A stretch of DNA of 64,000 nt from Candidatus Daviesbacteria bacterium (lineage in GTDB: Bacteria; Patescibacteriota; Microgenomatia; Daviesbacterales; UBA10151). Both the position numbers and the translations under genes were made by a program. This document shows, in pieces, positions 62,435 to 64,000 of the stretch (its first letter is position 1; every line of letters starts with the position of its first letter). The stretch is taken from assembly GCA_028715175.1 (NCBI GenBank), contig JAQUSJ010000002.1:22285-86284 (forward strand). Reading direction: 5' to 3'. The notes under the pieces are model-generated. The model did no database searches. It had not been told where the DNA came from and saw only the letters and a program-made list of their open reading frames with translations.

Positions 62435-64000
62435 TTACATTCTCTCCGGCGCTTCTATCCCTAACAGATTCAAACCTTTCTTTAAAACCTTACTTACTTC
62501 CAAAGATAACTTTAATCTAAAATCTTGCTTTTCTGATTCCAAAATTCTGCATTCCTGGTAAAAAAGATTGTAGAGCCTGGAGAGCTCAACCAGATACGAG
62601 GCTATGAGGTTTGGATGTCCTAATTTCAACGCTTCTTCCACAGTTTCAGAAAAATAAAGAAGCTGTCTTAATAGCGCTCTCTCCTGTTTGTCTAACGCAA
62701 CACTCTCCATTGGTATTTTCGGAAGTTTGCTGGAATTTCGGAGAACCGATTGGATCCTGGCAAACGTATATTGGACATAAGGCCCGCTATCCCCATCCAG
62801 TGAAACTGATTGCGCAAGATCAAATATCATATTTGGCCTTGGGGAGAATTTTAGATAAGAAAATTTGATTGCGCCCAAAGCTACAATCCGGACAACTTCC
62901 TGATCAATTCCCAGACTACTCTTTTTCATTACTTCCCTGACTTTTTCAGATACTACATGATACAAATCATCAACAGTTACCACATTGCCGGTCCGTGATG
63001 ACATTTTACCTTCACTCAAATCAACAACACCATAAGACAAATGGTATTTTTTCTGCTTTAGATACGGGAAAATGAGCTCTATTGCCTTAATCACAACCTG
63101 AAAATAACCCTCCTGCTCGCTTGCAACAACATGGATTGATTTCTCGTAATTAAAAGCATCATATTCCGCTTCTGCCAAACCGATTTCTTTACCCTCATAT
63201 GTCGGATTACCGGCTGAAGTAACAAAAACACGGTTATGCAAACCGTATTTTTCTCCAGGAAAAATAATTGCCCCATCGCTTTCCTCAAAAACTTTGCCCA
63301 GGTTTTTAAGTACTATTTGCTTTCCTCTCTCAAAAACTTCACTTTCAAAAAAACACCGGTCGTATTTGATTCCCAGGAGCCGGTAAATAGGTTCAAAGTA
63401 TTCTAAACTCCAGGACCTGGTCAATTGATAGATTTCTTGAAATTCTTTTCTTTTTTGATAAAGACCGATGTTAATTTTGTCTATTTCTTCCTTAAAAACG
63501 GAATCTTCTTCGTACGATTTATTACCTTCAGCATATGCCCTGCCTAAAAAATCGGCCTTTTCTTCCAAACTTAACTCCTTTGAGGGCAAACCAAGCTTTT
63601 CTATCCCCCAAATAGCCTTGGCAATATGCAAGCCAATATCACCCTGATAATTAGCTCTAAATACGGTGTGACCTTGTGACTGATAAATTCTGCAAAGACT
63701 CTCTCCCAAAATAAAAGTCCGGAGATGTCCGACGTGTACTTCTTTCAAAGGATTAACATGACCATATTCAATAAGCACTTTTGAGGTTTCGGTCGATTTT
63801 TGCAACAGATCCAAGTCGCTGGCATTTTTGACAAGTTCGGAGTCTTTAATGAAAAAATTAATAAAACCCCCGCCGGCTACTTCTATTTTCTCCAGATAGT
63901 CCACTTTTCCAAATTTCTCTAAAATTTCATTAGCAACTTCTGTTGGGGACTGCTTACCTTTAGGCGATTCTAGTTTAGCAAGCTGTAAGGCTATATTCGA
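62435..64000 (-). CDS. argS: Arginine--tRNA ligase (5' end outside the window)
   Basis: GFINF, HVGH, KMSS, GPYVQY; frame open to the window edge. Confidence 0.96.
   Translation of the reverse strand, partial: SNIALQLAKLESPKGKQSPTEVANEILEKFGKVDYLEKIEVAGGGFINFFIKDSELVKNASDLDLLQKSTETSKVLIEYGHVNPLKEVHVGHLRTFILGESLCRIYQSQGHTVFRANYQGDIGLHIAKAIWGIEKLGLPSKELSLEEKADFLGRAYAEGNKSYEEDSVFKEEIDKINIGLYQKRKEFQEIYQLTRSWSLEYFEPIYRLLGIKYDRCFFESEVFERGKQIVLKNLGKVFEESDGAIIFPGEKYGLHNRVFVTSAGNPTYEGKEIGLAEAEYDAFNYEKSIHVVASEQEGYFQVVIKAIELIFPYLKQKKYHLSYGVVDLSEGKMSSRTGNVVTVDDLYHVVSEKVREVMKKSSLGIDQEVVRIVALGAIKFSYLKFSPRPNMIFDLAQSVSLDGDSGPYVQYTFARIQSVLRNSSKLPKIPMESVALDKQERALLRQLLYFSETVEEALKLGHPNLIASYLVELSRLYNLFYQECRILESEKQDFRLKLSLEVSKVLKKGLNLLGIEAPERM

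Noticed and set aside
1-64000. Alternative genetic code (TGA read as Gly or Trp)
   Set aside because: Conserved genes are full length under code 11, several end in TGA, and Trp is encoded by TGG.

Overview
A gene-dense bacterial chromosome segment read with genetic code 11 (TGA is used as a stop). Gene style and content suggest a CPR/Patescibacteria (Microgenomates-like) genome; this is an inference. Housekeeping content: a Clp-type ATPase, dprA, pbp2-mreD-mreC, pyrF/pyrE/fused pyrD-pyrK, two mreB paralogs, def/fmt, rpmB, rpmG, secE-nusG-rplK-rplA, rplJ-rplL, ndk, argS, five tRNAs and a probable 6S RNA. Accessory content: a type IV pilus/T2SS-like cluster with a PAS kinase, and a 25.7-38.5 kb region. 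That region holds signal-less phage-like structural genes, a REP-associated tyrosine transposase with its own REPs, a PIN/HTH pair, a 1017-aa surface protein, three tatA genes, tatC, and a polytopic protein with an internal twin-arginine motif. The strongest signal missed by the ORF track is a layer of small palindromic elements. (1) Inverted repeats built from 7-nt units fill whole stop-to-start spacers, and one copy carries a four-helix-bundle (Avd/IVS-like) gene between the same arms. (2) Other heptamer and palindromic elements sit in frame inside proteins including NusG, L1, L10 and L7/L12. (3) A ~146-bp repeat shows compensatory base changes between its two copies. (4) A ~75-nt leader is shared by rpmG and an unrelated gene. 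All calls come from reading the sequence by eye; no searches were run.
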